Source: a virus. From it: a stretch of DNA of 64,000 nt. Of the stretch, positions 28,700-37,306 are shown piece by piece; positions within the stretch are counted from its first letter, which is position 1; every line of letters starts with the position of its first letter. The notes below the pieces were generated by a model. It made no database searches. It was not told the DNA's origin and saw nothing but the letters and a program-made list of their open reading frames with translations. The DNA is taken from IMG/VR virus record IMGVR_UViG_3300008448_011290; one strand, given 5' to 3'. Position numbers and translations under genes: made by a program.

Positions 28700-29494
28700 T
28701 TAATTAAAAGAATATTTTGTTATATCGCTAATTTTTGCTTGAGAAAATGCTTTTTTTCTTTCTTGGCAATTTCTACAATTACCACAATGATCTTCATTTT
28801 CTGAAACATCACAAGATTTTGTTTGGTATAACTCATTTAATAAATTCATTTTATCATATAACTGTATGATTTCCATGTCATTTAAATTGCGAAATGGCCG
28901 AACCATAGAATAAAAACTTTTTTGTAGCTCATTGAATTCTACCATGCTGTTTGTAAAAGGTATAGGAAGATTAAAATTCTCTATGGCATAATTTAATGTT
29001 TCGTATTTTTTTGCATTGTCTTTGACATATACAGGTAATTGTCCTCGAGTAATTAATCCTTTGCTCCATCCACTCTCCGTCAGCATCTCCATGGTTTCTT
29101 CGTGTATCTTGCTGTATCCTGCAATGCTATATTTTACGGAAGGAAATCTATTTAAAATTTTTTTACTTTGTTCTAGATGCATTTGTTTATGTATAGTGAA
29201 TGATTCATTGCCAATTTCAAACTTGTGTATACCACCTAATCTTTTGAAGCTATCCTCATGATTTTTTTTACTATATAATTTTTTAGAATTATTTTTAAAA
29301 TTTCCATATGCGTCCATAGATATAAATCCAAATATTATATTTTTAATGCCATAAAGCTCTTTAGCAATCAAAGCCACTAGAGTAGATTTTATACCTCCAC
29401 TGAACAGGACTACTATTTTGTCCTCAGTATTGATTTGTGGGAACTCTGCAAGATCAAATATCTTTTTATTTTTTAATTTATAAGAACTATCCAT
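28700..29494 (-). CDS. QueC-like PP-loop ATPase (7-cyano-7-deazaguanine synthase fold), divergent
   Basis: KIVVLFSGGIKSTL (PP-loop with D>K) and C-terminal TKSC...HCGNCRNCQERKKAF zinc motif; the start is probably ATG 29494 (MDSSYK), overlapping the radical SAM stop. Confidence 0.65.
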   Translation of the reverse strand: MDSSYKLKNKKIFDLAEFPQINTEDKIVVLFSGGIKSTLVALIAKELYGIKNIIFGFISMDAYGNFKNNSKKLYSKKNHEDSFKRLGGIHKFEIGNESFTIHKQMHLEQSKKILNRFPSVKYSIAGYSKIHEETMEMLTESGWSKGLITRGQLPVYVKDNAKKYETLNYAIENFNLPIPFTNSMVEFNELQKSFYSMVRPFRNLNDMEIIQLYDKMNLLNELYQTKSCDVSENEDHCGNCRNCQERKKAFSQAKISDITKYSFN

Positions 29495-30503
29495 TGTCAA
29501 CTTTCTCTTCAGTGTGATGCCACAGTGTTTTTTGTGGTATCTTCTTTCCTTTTGATTCAATTACGTGAACCTGTGATCCTGTGCATCTCTGATGACATAT
29601 AGATCCTAAATCTTCGTACATTGTTTTTAACCAATCATTGAACACTTCATCATTTAATATTTCAAAAATGCCTCTATGATGCAATGATATAGTGTATTTA
29701 TCTTTGTGTATTTTCCAATTATTTGATTTGTAAAATTTTGATGCAGTCCAACAGCAAGGGAATAATCTACCCCATGAATCCACATAAATCTCTTTTCTGT
29801 GTTTGTGAAGACAGATCAGTGGTCCTCGGTGTTGCATGTGTTCTATATTAAATCTATCTGCTGTGGGAGGATAGATTGATTTCTTTTTATTGTTTTTATC
29901 TTCATATAAAAAGGGTTTTTTAAAATCTTTAAATCGAGCAGATATTTTTAAAACAAAATCAGAGAAGCCCATTTCTTTAGCGATATTTTCAGCTTCTTCC
30001 ACTTGATGTTCATTATGAAAAAAAGGTATAAAAAACCATTTGGCATTAGCACCGGTGCTTATGAATGCTCGAGCATTATCCATTAGTTTATTCCATTTTA
30101 CTCCTATACGATATAGATGATTGGTATCTTCTAATCCATCGATGTGAAATTCCACAAAAGATTTAGGAGTTTTTTTATAAATTTCTCCCAGCTCTTGCCA
30201 AAATTCTGTAGTTCTTATACCTCCATTAGTGCTGAGTGTTATCAATATATCGGGATTAGATTCTAGAACGTATCGATGTATCTTTAAGAGATCTGTTGCC
30301 ACTGCTGGATCACCAAAATTGCCACAAAATTTAATTTTTTTTAATTGAGCAATAAAATCTGATGAAAAGAATTTTTTAAAATCATTGAATGAAATCTCCG
30401 ACTGATTATCCAGTATAATAGGGTTATTGGTTCTAGAACACATAGGACATTTAGCGTTGCAACGGCTGGTTAATTCTATGTGTACTGAGTCTATTTTATC
30501 CAT
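29487..30503 (-). CDS. Radical SAM protein with C-terminal SPASM/twitch-like domain
   Basis: IELTSRCNAKCPMC, FCGNFGDP, STNGG, IDG; C-terminal C...GRLFPCCW...CHQRC. Start placed at MDKIDS (30503) because a promoter -10 box lies just upstream. Confidence 0.85.
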   Translation of the reverse strand: MDKIDSVHIELTSRCNAKCPMCSRTNNPIILDNQSEISFNDFKKFFSSDFIAQLKKIKFCGNFGDPAVATDLLKIHRYVLESNPDILITLSTNGGIRTTEFWQELGEIYKKTPKSFVEFHIDGLEDTNHLYRIGVKWNKLMDNARAFISTGANAKWFFIPFFHNEHQVEEAENIAKEMGFSDFVLKISARFKDFKKPFLYEDKNNKKKSIYPPTADRFNIEHMQHRGPLICLHKHRKEIYVDSWGRLFPCCWTASKFYKSNNWKIHKDKYTISLHHRGIFEILNDEVFNDWLKTMYEDLGSICHQRCTGSQVHVIESKGKKIPQKTLWHHTEEKVDNG

Positions 30504-30509
30504 GCTTAT

Positions 30510-30538
30510 ATTATACATTTATATATGGACAACAGCAA
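30510..30538 (-). promoter_or_regulatory. sigma70-type promoter TTGCTG-N17-TATAAT, 6 nt before ATG 30503, with TATAAAT inside the spacer
   Basis: Minus strand TTGCTG ttgtccatatataaatg TATAAT ataagc ATG. Confidence 0.6.
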
Positions 30539-30596
30539 GGGTCTATTGGACTAATATGCTCATATAAACTAAAAGACCCAATCTACGGAAAGACAA

Positions 30597-30602
30597 TAAA
30601 TA
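30597..30602 (+). promoter_or_regulatory. Putative late-promoter core TAAATA, 4 nt before ATG 30607
   Basis: Sequence caaTAAATAcggtATG; no Shine-Dalgarno. Confidence 0.55.
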
Positions 30603-30606
30603 CGGT

Positions 30607-32109
30607 ATGGCTTATATTGTTAACAAAACAGACGGTACAGTACTCACAACAATCGTAGATGGTACAATTGATAACACCACTTCATTAACACTTTTTGGTA
30701 AGAGTTATTCAGGATTTGGAGAATTATTAAACGAAGATTTAGTAAGATTATTAGAGAATTCAGCATCTACATCTAGTCCAGCAGCACCATTGAGAGGTGA
30801 GCTTTGGTTTGATACGTCAACCAATCAATTAAAAGTTTATGATGGTTCTTCATTTAAACCAGCCAGTGGAGCCAAATCACAAGCTACAGCACCAACATCT
30901 CCTACAGCAGGAGATCTTTGGGTGGACAGTGATGACAAACAATTATTTTTCTACACAGGATCTGCATGGCAGTTGGCAGGACCAGTTTACACAGATGGAC
31001 AACAATTATCAGGATTCAAAATTGAAACGGTGGGCAGTTCAGGCGGAGATAAAGTTATTGCTTCTATGTATTCTGGTACAATTAGAGTCGCAGTACTGAG
31101 TGCCAGTGCATTCACACCATCAGCAGGTTCACCATCAAGCACTCCATTATTAACCAATGGCTTTGCACAAATATATCCAGGTATAACATTAAATTCAAAC
31201 ATCAGTGCTGAGTTCTCAGGCACAACAACCACAGCAACTAATTTAAATATTTCTGGAACATCAAATCCATCAGGCACAGTGATTGCCGGCGGCAACTTCA
31301 TGAGAAAAGATACAGCACAAACCACTCAAGGTGCTATCACAATCGATGACAATGCTGGTATTATCGTTGGAGAGAATCAAGAAGGTGAGATCAATGTCAG
31401 CTCAAATAATTTAATAATTGCCAACACATCAGAAGACAAAAATATTTCTTTAAAAGTTAACAATGGTGGTTCCGCAGTGGAAGCCATCACAATAGATGGT
31501 GATAACAGCAGAGTGGGTATTTTTACAACATCACCTACTGTACCGTTAGAGATCACAGGTAACGTTAAGATCACAGGTAACCTATCAGTATCAGGAGAGT
31601 ATGATACCACTTCTACAACTAATGTGTTGATGAATGATGTATTTGTTAAATTAAACAATGGCAATAATTCAAATGTTGATTCTGGAATAGTAGTAGAGAG
31701 AGATTCTAGCAGAGAATCAAAACTTTATTACAATGCCACAGCAGGTTATTGGGTAGCAGGCAAAAGCGAGAGTGGAACATATTCGCAAATCATTCGAGAT
31801 GAAGACACAGTTACAGATGGCAATGCTAACACAGGAAAAGTTTTAAAGACCACAGCTGGTGGTAATGTTAAAGTAACCACGCTAACACTGGCAGCGGTAG
31901 GATCAGTTTCAGCCACAGACACATCAAATTTAAATGTACCAACCACAGGAGCAGTAGCAGAATCTATCAAAAAATGGGGAGGTAGTTATATTACACCTGA
32001 TGCTGGTTCCACAGGAAACACTGTTGCTGGCAATAGATATGTTGAGACAGTAGCCCCAACTAGTGGTCAAGGCGCAGACGGGGATCTTTGGTTCGTTAGG
32101 GAGGCATAA
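30607..32109 (+). CDS. Tail fibre/baseplate-attached fibre protein, paralog 2
   Basis: Same N-terminal module (MAYIVNKTDG...GKSYSGFGELLNE...LLEN...PLRGELWFD); RVGIFTTSP; ends in APTSGQGADGDLWF. Confidence 0.7.
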   Translation: MAYIVNKTDGTVLTTIVDGTIDNTTSLTLFGKSYSGFGELLNEDLVRLLENSASTSSPAAPLRGELWFDTSTNQLKVYDGSSFKPASGAKSQATAPTSPTAGDLWVDSDDKQLFFYTGSAWQLAGPVYTDGQQLSGFKIETVGSSGGDKVIASMYSGTIRVAVLSASAFTPSAGSPSSTPLLTNGFAQIYPGITLNSNISAEFSGTTTTATNLNISGTSNPSGTVIAGGNFMRKDTAQTTQGAITIDDNAGIIVGENQEGEINVSSNNLIIANTSEDKNISLKVNNGGSAVEAITIDGDNSRVGIFTTSPTVPLEITGNVKITGNLSVSGEYDTTSTTNVLMNDVFVKLNNGNNSNVDSGIVVERDSSRESKLYYNATAGYWVAGKSESGTYSQIIRDEDTVTDGNANTGKVLKTTAGGNVKVTTLTLAAVGSVSATDTSNLNVPTTGAVAESIKKWGGSYITPDAGSTGNTVAGNRYVETVAPTSGQGADGDLWFVREA

Positions 32110-32114
32110 TCACC

Positions 32115-33566
32115 ATGCCAATTATTACTAAAACATTCACATACACAGGAACAACTCAGCAGGCCACAATTCCAGCTGGAGCATCTTCAGTAACTTTTTA
32201 TATCTGGGGAGGAGCAGGTGGTGGCGGCGGTGGAGACAGTGCTGGCCCAGGTAGAGCAGGAGCAGCAGGACATTATGCTACAGGTACTATAGATCTTACA
32301 TCACACGTGGGATCAACTTTAACGTTGGGAGTAGGCGGAGGAGCTGGTGGAAAAAGTAATGGTAGAAGTTTAACAGGATATTCAGGCGGTATAGGTGGAA
32401 CACAAGGACCTTCTGGATCATCAGGTGCTGGTGGAGGTGGAGGTGGAGCCACAGTAATAAGAATTGGAGCTACAGATATGGCCATAGCAGGTGGTGGCGG
32501 TGGTGGCGGAGGAGATGGACAACACAGTACAGGAACAGACGGAATTAACAGTAACGATCCTACTCTAGCATCACCAGGCACACTAGGAGAAAACGGAGCC
32601 GACCACTCGGGAGATGGTGCAGGAGCTGGAGCTGGTGGTGGTGGAACAGATGGCGGAAGAAGCGGCAACGGACCAGGAGGAGATGATGGAGCCACAGGAG
32701 GATATTCAGGTTCAAATTTAATACCAGTCGGAGGCACACAAAATAATGGTTCAGGCACAGTGCCATATACAGGTTCAGGATATTATCAATCAGGAGTAGC
32801 TGTGGGAGGAACGTCAGGTTCTGCAGGCGGAAATGGACTGGCAATATTGGTATTCAATGTTAGTGTAGAATCAAAAATTAAAGTAAGCAATGCATGGAAA
32901 TCTATAACTGCAATGAAATTTAAAAAAGCAGGAGTATGGAAAGATATCACAGCAGCCTATGTTAAAATAAACGGTGTATGGAAAGCTATATTCAATTCAG
33001 GAATAAATTTTGCAAGCACTGCTGCAGGATTTGGAGATAATACAGGCAATCCTTCTTCAGGCACACCAGGATCAGGTGGAACAAGTGGGGGTGGAGGAGG
33101 TGGATGCTCTATTATCTGCACTAAATTACACGAATTAGGTTATCTATCAGATGAGATCTATCAAGCAGATGAGCTTTTTGGACACTGGCTAAGACAGACA
33201 GATCCTGATGCTTATTATGGATATTTAAAATGGGCACGAGTAGTTGTGGATTGGATGAGCAACGAAGGTCCACAATGTATGTTCTGGATTCAAAATAAAG
33301 CCCAAAGAAATGCTCGTCAAAGAGAAATGGCTGTGAGATGGGCAAGAAGAATTGCCACTCCATGGGCTCAGCACATGGCTTACAAAATGGGAGTGTTAAA
33401 AGAAGATAATCGAGCAGGCAGATGGATAATGAATATTGGAATCTCTGTAAGCAGAATTGTGGGAAAATTTGTTAAACATACTAACCAGCCTACAAAAAAT
33501 GTAGCCATAGGTTATACTATGTGGGCAATGTTTGGATTATTATACATAATAGCAGGAGTAAAATAA
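32115..33566 (+). CDS. Glycine-rich fibre/receptor-binding-type protein with an appended C-terminal Cys (IICT) domain and hydrophobic terminal helix
   Basis: TFTYTG...WGGAGGGGG glycine-rich domain; K..(G/A).WK repeats; then GGGGGGCSIICTKLHELG...; C-terminus VAIGYTMWAMFGLLYIIAGVK. Confidence 0.65.
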   Translation: MPIITKTFTYTGTTQQATIPAGASSVTFYIWGGAGGGGGGDSAGPGRAGAAGHYATGTIDLTSHVGSTLTLGVGGGAGGKSNGRSLTGYSGGIGGTQGPSGSSGAGGGGGGATVIRIGATDMAIAGGGGGGGGDGQHSTGTDGINSNDPTLASPGTLGENGADHSGDGAGAGAGGGGTDGGRSGNGPGGDDGATGGYSGSNLIPVGGTQNNGSGTVPYTGSGYYQSGVAVGGTSGSAGGNGLAILVFNVSVESKIKVSNAWKSITAMKFKKAGVWKDITAAYVKINGVWKAIFNSGINFASTAAGFGDNTGNPSSGTPGSGGTSGGGGGGCSIICTKLHELGYLSDEIYQADELFGHWLRQTDPDAYYGYLKWARVVVDWMSNEGPQCMFWIQNKAQRNARQREMAVRWARRIATPWAQHMAYKMGVLKEDNRAGRWIMNIGISVSRIVGKFVKHTNQPTKNVAIGYTMWAMFGLLYIIAGVK

Positions 33567-34399
33567 TGGGAATATCAGTTGAACAATATCTACATGACAG
33601 ACAGGCCTGTGCTCAATGTCGAGAGCATGGCGATGAAGAACATTGTGTCTCTACACTATTGAGCAGAGAAGACAATTGTATTTTTTACAATGCTATACTG
33701 GCATATCATCTTCCAACAAGATCTCGAGATGCAGCATTTACCCCAGAAGAAGGCAACTTAAATGCACAAAGAGATTTCGTGCTGTTGCAAGGATTGAGAG
33801 ACAGTGTGTATGAAGATAAGATGATAGAATACTATGTGAGATCAGAAAAAATAGTAACACAAATTAAAGGCATACACAAAAATGATCAAACTGTGTGGAG
33901 TGGTTATTATGAGAGATATGTGAGAGCTATTCTAAATTCTTTAAGAAATGGTAATAAGAGTGAGGCTATTGTAAAAACAGCTGAAATGTTGGAAGCACTG
34001 GAATATACTAATGGACGAGTAATCTGCACTTGGTTAAGGAATAATGGTTTATTTTCTGCAGAAGATCTTGCAATTGATACCGAATTTAGTGTACAATATT
34101 TGAGTGACAATACCAAAATAGGTTATTGGTTATGGGCATGCCCACTGGTACAATATATGGAAAGAAATTATAGAAACAATATTGATTCTCTGTTTGTAAA
34201 AACTGTTAGAATCATTGCTCAAGCTAGAGCTAATGAGATTTCTCATCAAGTAGGATCTAGATCTAGAGGTGATATGCTGGGTAAAATAGTTAGAATAATA
34301 GGAGAGAGTGCTTGTTTTGTGTTGGGTTCTATCGCTAGACCTTTTACAGAAGAGAAATTTAAACATTGGCTGTCTATGTACAGCTCAAAAATAGGATAA
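33566..34399 (+). CDS. Hypothetical protein with two Cys-initiated helical domains (CFI-box-like and IICT-like)
   Basis: Start at ATG 33566 (TAATG coupling, GGAG upstream); CIFYNA...LLQGLRD...IEYYVRSEKIV, then VICTWLRNNGL...GYWLWACPLVQYM. Confidence 0.6.
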   Translation: MGISVEQYLHDRQACAQCREHGDEEHCVSTLLSREDNCIFYNAILAYHLPTRSRDAAFTPEEGNLNAQRDFVLLQGLRDSVYEDKMIEYYVRSEKIVTQIKGIHKNDQTVWSGYYERYVRAILNSLRNGNKSEAIVKTAEMLEALEYTNGRVICTWLRNNGLFSAEDLAIDTEFSVQYLSDNTKIGYWLWACPLVQYMERNYRNNIDSLFVKTVRIIAQARANEISHQVGSRSRGDMLGKIVRIIGESACFVLGSIARPFTEEKFKHWLSMYSSKIG

Positions 34400-34418
34400 T
34401 TAATAAGGAGATACAACA

Positions 34419-34598
34419 ATGGCAATAACAAAACAACAGGTGGCAGATTATATCAATGCCAATTATCAAACTGCTCTTTCAGAAGAAGATCTAGTTAAAA
34501 TAGATCAAGCATTAACGCCTGAGCTGGCAGCGATTTTAATCAAGTTACTAGGAGATGTAAGTTTCTTAGTGCATGTGAGAGATAACGAAAGCAATTAA
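34419..34598 (+). CDS. Small hypothetical protein (59 aa), absent from the ORF track
   Basis: AAGGAG Shine-Dalgarno, then MAITKQQVADYINANYQTALSEEDLVKIDQALTPELAAILIKLLGDVSFLVHVRDNESN*; fills the gap exactly. Confidence 0.75.
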   Translation: MAITKQQVADYINANYQTALSEEDLVKIDQALTPELAAILIKLLGDVSFLVHVRDNESN

Positions 34599-34604
34599 AA
34601 AAGA

Positions 34605-36230
34605 ATGTCTTATACCATAAACAAAACCGATGGAACTAAACTAGTAGTACTGAAAGACGGTACAGTGGATATCACCACTACGGATTTGGCTCTATTCGGA
34701 AAAAGTTATGCAGGATTTGGTGAAAGATTAAACGAAAACTTCGTTAAAATGTTGGAAAATTTTGCCAACACCACAGCACCTGCTAATAAAATTCGAGGTC
34801 AATTATGGTATGACACTCTAACCAATCAAATCAAAGTTTGGAATGGCAATAAATTTAAACCAGTAGGATCCAGCACTAATGCTAGCAGTGCTCCAACCAA
34901 TGCCAATCTAGGAGACACATGGTTTGATACCAATAATCTTCAGCTGTATGTTTATAATGGCACTGCATGGACTTTGATTGGTCCTACCACAGTGGCAGGT
35001 TCAGGCAATACATCAGTGGTATCAGATTCTATCAGAGACAACGTAGGTGTATTCAAGTCGGTTCTAAAATTTGTAACCAATGACATTATAGTGGCCATGG
35101 TGAGTGCAGAAGAATTTATACCTCTCACAGCTATCACAGGATTTGCCACAATATATAAAGGTATCACACTTTCAACATCAGTGAGTCAGGCTAGATTCAA
35201 AGGTATAGCTACCACAGCACAGAATTTAATATTAGCGGATTTAACCACAGTGGTACCAGCAGATAATTTTGTAAGAGCTGATGTCAATGACACTATGGCA
35301 GGTACACTGACTATATTCAATGATGGCGGAATGAGTTTAGGAGCAGGAGCAGATTTAACAGTCAGCGTGTCAGGTGGACAGGATGTGGTTTTTCAGAACA
35401 ATACACTAAACGGAGACATAATTTTCAAAGTCAATGATGGCGGAGTGACCAAAACTGTGCTAACCATGGATGGCAGCGAAGGTGTAATCAAAGACCTTGT
35501 GGTGCAAAATTTAACAGTAACAGGAACAGAAACAATATTCAATACCACCACACTGGCAGTGGAAGACAACTTTATAGAATTAAACCTTGGCATATCTGGT
35601 GCGGCTTTCATGCCCAATTACACAGGATTAAAAGTCAACCGAGGAGAAACATCCACAGCTCTCGAATCAGATCTGTATTGGGTATGGGATGAAACATTTG
35701 CAGACGATTTTACAACCATATATGGCAACACTGGCGGAGCATGGACAGCATTCCGATCACAGGGCAACATCAATGACTCGGCTCCAACACTGGTAGATAT
35801 TCGAGCCAACATAGTGCATGGTCGAGCTACCACAGCACAGTACGCAGATCTTGCAGAAAGATACGCAGCAGACATGCTATTAGAAGCAGGCGATGTAGTG
35901 ATACTTGGAGGCTCACAAGAAGTAACCAAATCTACACAAGAGTTAGATACTCGAGTATTTGGAGTGGTATCAGAATCTCCAGCATTTTTAATGAACAACG
36001 ACGCAGGCAACAATGATTCACACCCTATGATAGCATTAAAAGGCAGAGTACGAGTAAAGGTAGAGGGTGTTGGTAAAGCAGGAGATCGTATTGTAAGCAG
36101 CAGTACGGCTGGTATAGCTAGAGTGGCAGATCTAGCAGAATGCACTGCTTTTAATGTATTAGGACGACTAATTCAAGATAAATACTCGCAACAGACACAA
36201 TTAACAGAGTGTGCAATAGGAGTTAAGTAA
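34605..36230 (+). CDS. Tail fibre protein, paralog 3, with a C-terminal intramolecular-chaperone/autocleavage (Peptidase_G2-like) domain
   Basis: Shared N-terminal module; C-terminal YADLAERY...GDVV...RVFGVVS..PAFLMN...IALKGRVRVKV.G...GDRIVSS. Confidence 0.75.
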   Translation: MSYTINKTDGTKLVVLKDGTVDITTTDLALFGKSYAGFGERLNENFVKMLENFANTTAPANKIRGQLWYDTLTNQIKVWNGNKFKPVGSSTNASSAPTNANLGDTWFDTNNLQLYVYNGTAWTLIGPTTVAGSGNTSVVSDSIRDNVGVFKSVLKFVTNDIIVAMVSAEEFIPLTAITGFATIYKGITLSTSVSQARFKGIATTAQNLILADLTTVVPADNFVRADVNDTMAGTLTIFNDGGMSLGAGADLTVSVSGGQDVVFQNNTLNGDIIFKVNDGGVTKTVLTMDGSEGVIKDLVVQNLTVTGTETIFNTTTLAVEDNFIELNLGISGAAFMPNYTGLKVNRGETSTALESDLYWVWDETFADDFTTIYGNTGGAWTAFRSQGNINDSAPTLVDIRANIVHGRATTAQYADLAERYAADMLLEAGDVVILGGSQEVTKSTQELDTRVFGVVSESPAFLMNNDAGNNDSHPMIALKGRVRVKVEGVGKAGDRIVSSSTAGIARVADLAECTAFNVLGRLIQDKYSQQTQLTECAIGVK

Positions 36231-36231
36231 A

Positions 36232-37257
36232 ATGGGTTATGTAGCAGGCGATAGAATTACCGTAACAGAATACAATCAGCAATTATTAAGTAATGCTACA
36301 CTTGGAGGATATGGTATCAATCATATCATAGGACAAGGAGAATTGTATCATGGTTTAGGAGAAGTAGGAGTAACCGCAATATCCCAAGGACAAGAAGTCA
36401 CTGCCACTCAATGGAATTCACTGTTCACTGCTATGGATAACCTAGCCAACCATACCAATGACACTCTAACTTCCACAAGTCAAAGATCCGCAGGTGACCT
36501 TATCGAAGTTAAATCCGCTCTAATAGCAGATCTACAAACTCTAGCAGCATCGGTACAGGCAGGTTGTCCCAATGCCACAGCATTAACTACCACAGCAGCT
36601 CAGCAGACCACAGCAGCATCGGCTCGTTGGAACGTGTCTCATATCGTAGAGCAATCAATCACATTTAATGCTCCTGATGCAATGAGATGGTTTTTTAATG
36701 CGGGAGGAAAAATACAGATCAACGTGACCAGAACCAGTAACTCAGGCAACGTAGCATCTGCAAAAGACCAAGCCATTGATGACTTAATCGATTCACTGGG
36801 AGATTTTAAAATCAAATCTCAATCATCAGAATATTCCAATGATGGATCAACTAATACAAACACCCTAGGAGACGGCAGCTCAGCCTATGATTTAAACATT
36901 GGTTTTTACGATCTTACTACCAACTATCAAACCATACTGATATTAAGACAAGACTGGCAGACCTATGAGTTTATGAACATTAAAATTGAAGCAAAATTAG
37001 ATGCTGCTCCAGGCACAGCAATGACAATGACTGTGAGAACCTCTCTGTTAGATCCATTTATTGATGGATCATCAGCTGCAACAGCAGACAACACATATAC
37101 CTCAGGCAACACAGCATCGGTAGATCAGTATGCCAACTGGATTGGTGTTACCAACGTAGTTTTATACTTTGTAAATCCTACCACAGCAGAAGGATTGAAC
37201 ACAGTATACACACCTGCCTCATCAGCAGTGATTTCCAACAATATCGTTACAATATAA
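36232..37257 (+). CDS. Probable virion structural/fibre-associated protein
   Basis: Thr/Ala-rich; VTATQWNSL; MRWFFNAGGKI; IGFYDLTTNYQ; carries one DGST and two DGSS. Confidence 0.6.
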   Translation: MGYVAGDRITVTEYNQQLLSNATLGGYGINHIIGQGELYHGLGEVGVTAISQGQEVTATQWNSLFTAMDNLANHTNDTLTSTSQRSAGDLIEVKSALIADLQTLAASVQAGCPNATALTTTAAQQTTAASARWNVSHIVEQSITFNAPDAMRWFFNAGGKIQINVTRTSNSGNVASAKDQAIDDLIDSLGDFKIKSQSSEYSNDGSTNTNTLGDGSSAYDLNIGFYDLTTNYQTILILRQDWQTYEFMNIKIEAKLDAAPGTAMTMTVRTSLLDPFIDGSSAATADNTYTSGNTASVDQYANWIGVTNVVLYFVNPTTAEGLNTVYTPASSAVISNNIVTI

Positions 37258-37271
37258 AATATTTTACCAGG

Positions 37272-37300
37272 TTGATTTTTTCCATAATTAGCTGTACAAT
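37272..37300 (+). promoter_or_regulatory. sigma70-type promoter TTGATT-N17-TACAAT, 6 nt before ATG 37307, with TAATTA nested in the spacer
   Basis: TTGATT 37272-37277, TAATTA 37285-37290, TACAAT 37295-37300; heads the modification cluster. Confidence 0.6.
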
Positions 37301-37306
37301 TGAGCT

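Noticed and set aside
30539-30579. Imperfect inverted repeat GGGTCTaTT...AAaAGACCC between divergent promoters
   Set aside because: Short stem, long loop and no U-tract; cannot support a terminator or operator call.
32200-33105. GGT/GGA/GGC-rich tract as a tandem repeat or G-quadruplex element, and the Pro-rich antisense ORF 32273-32758
   Set aside because: Explained by poly-glycine coding on the + strand.
23378-37257. Diversity-generating retroelement or invertible fibre cassette
   Set aside because: No reverse transcriptase, recombinase or near-identical TR/VR pair seen in the window.
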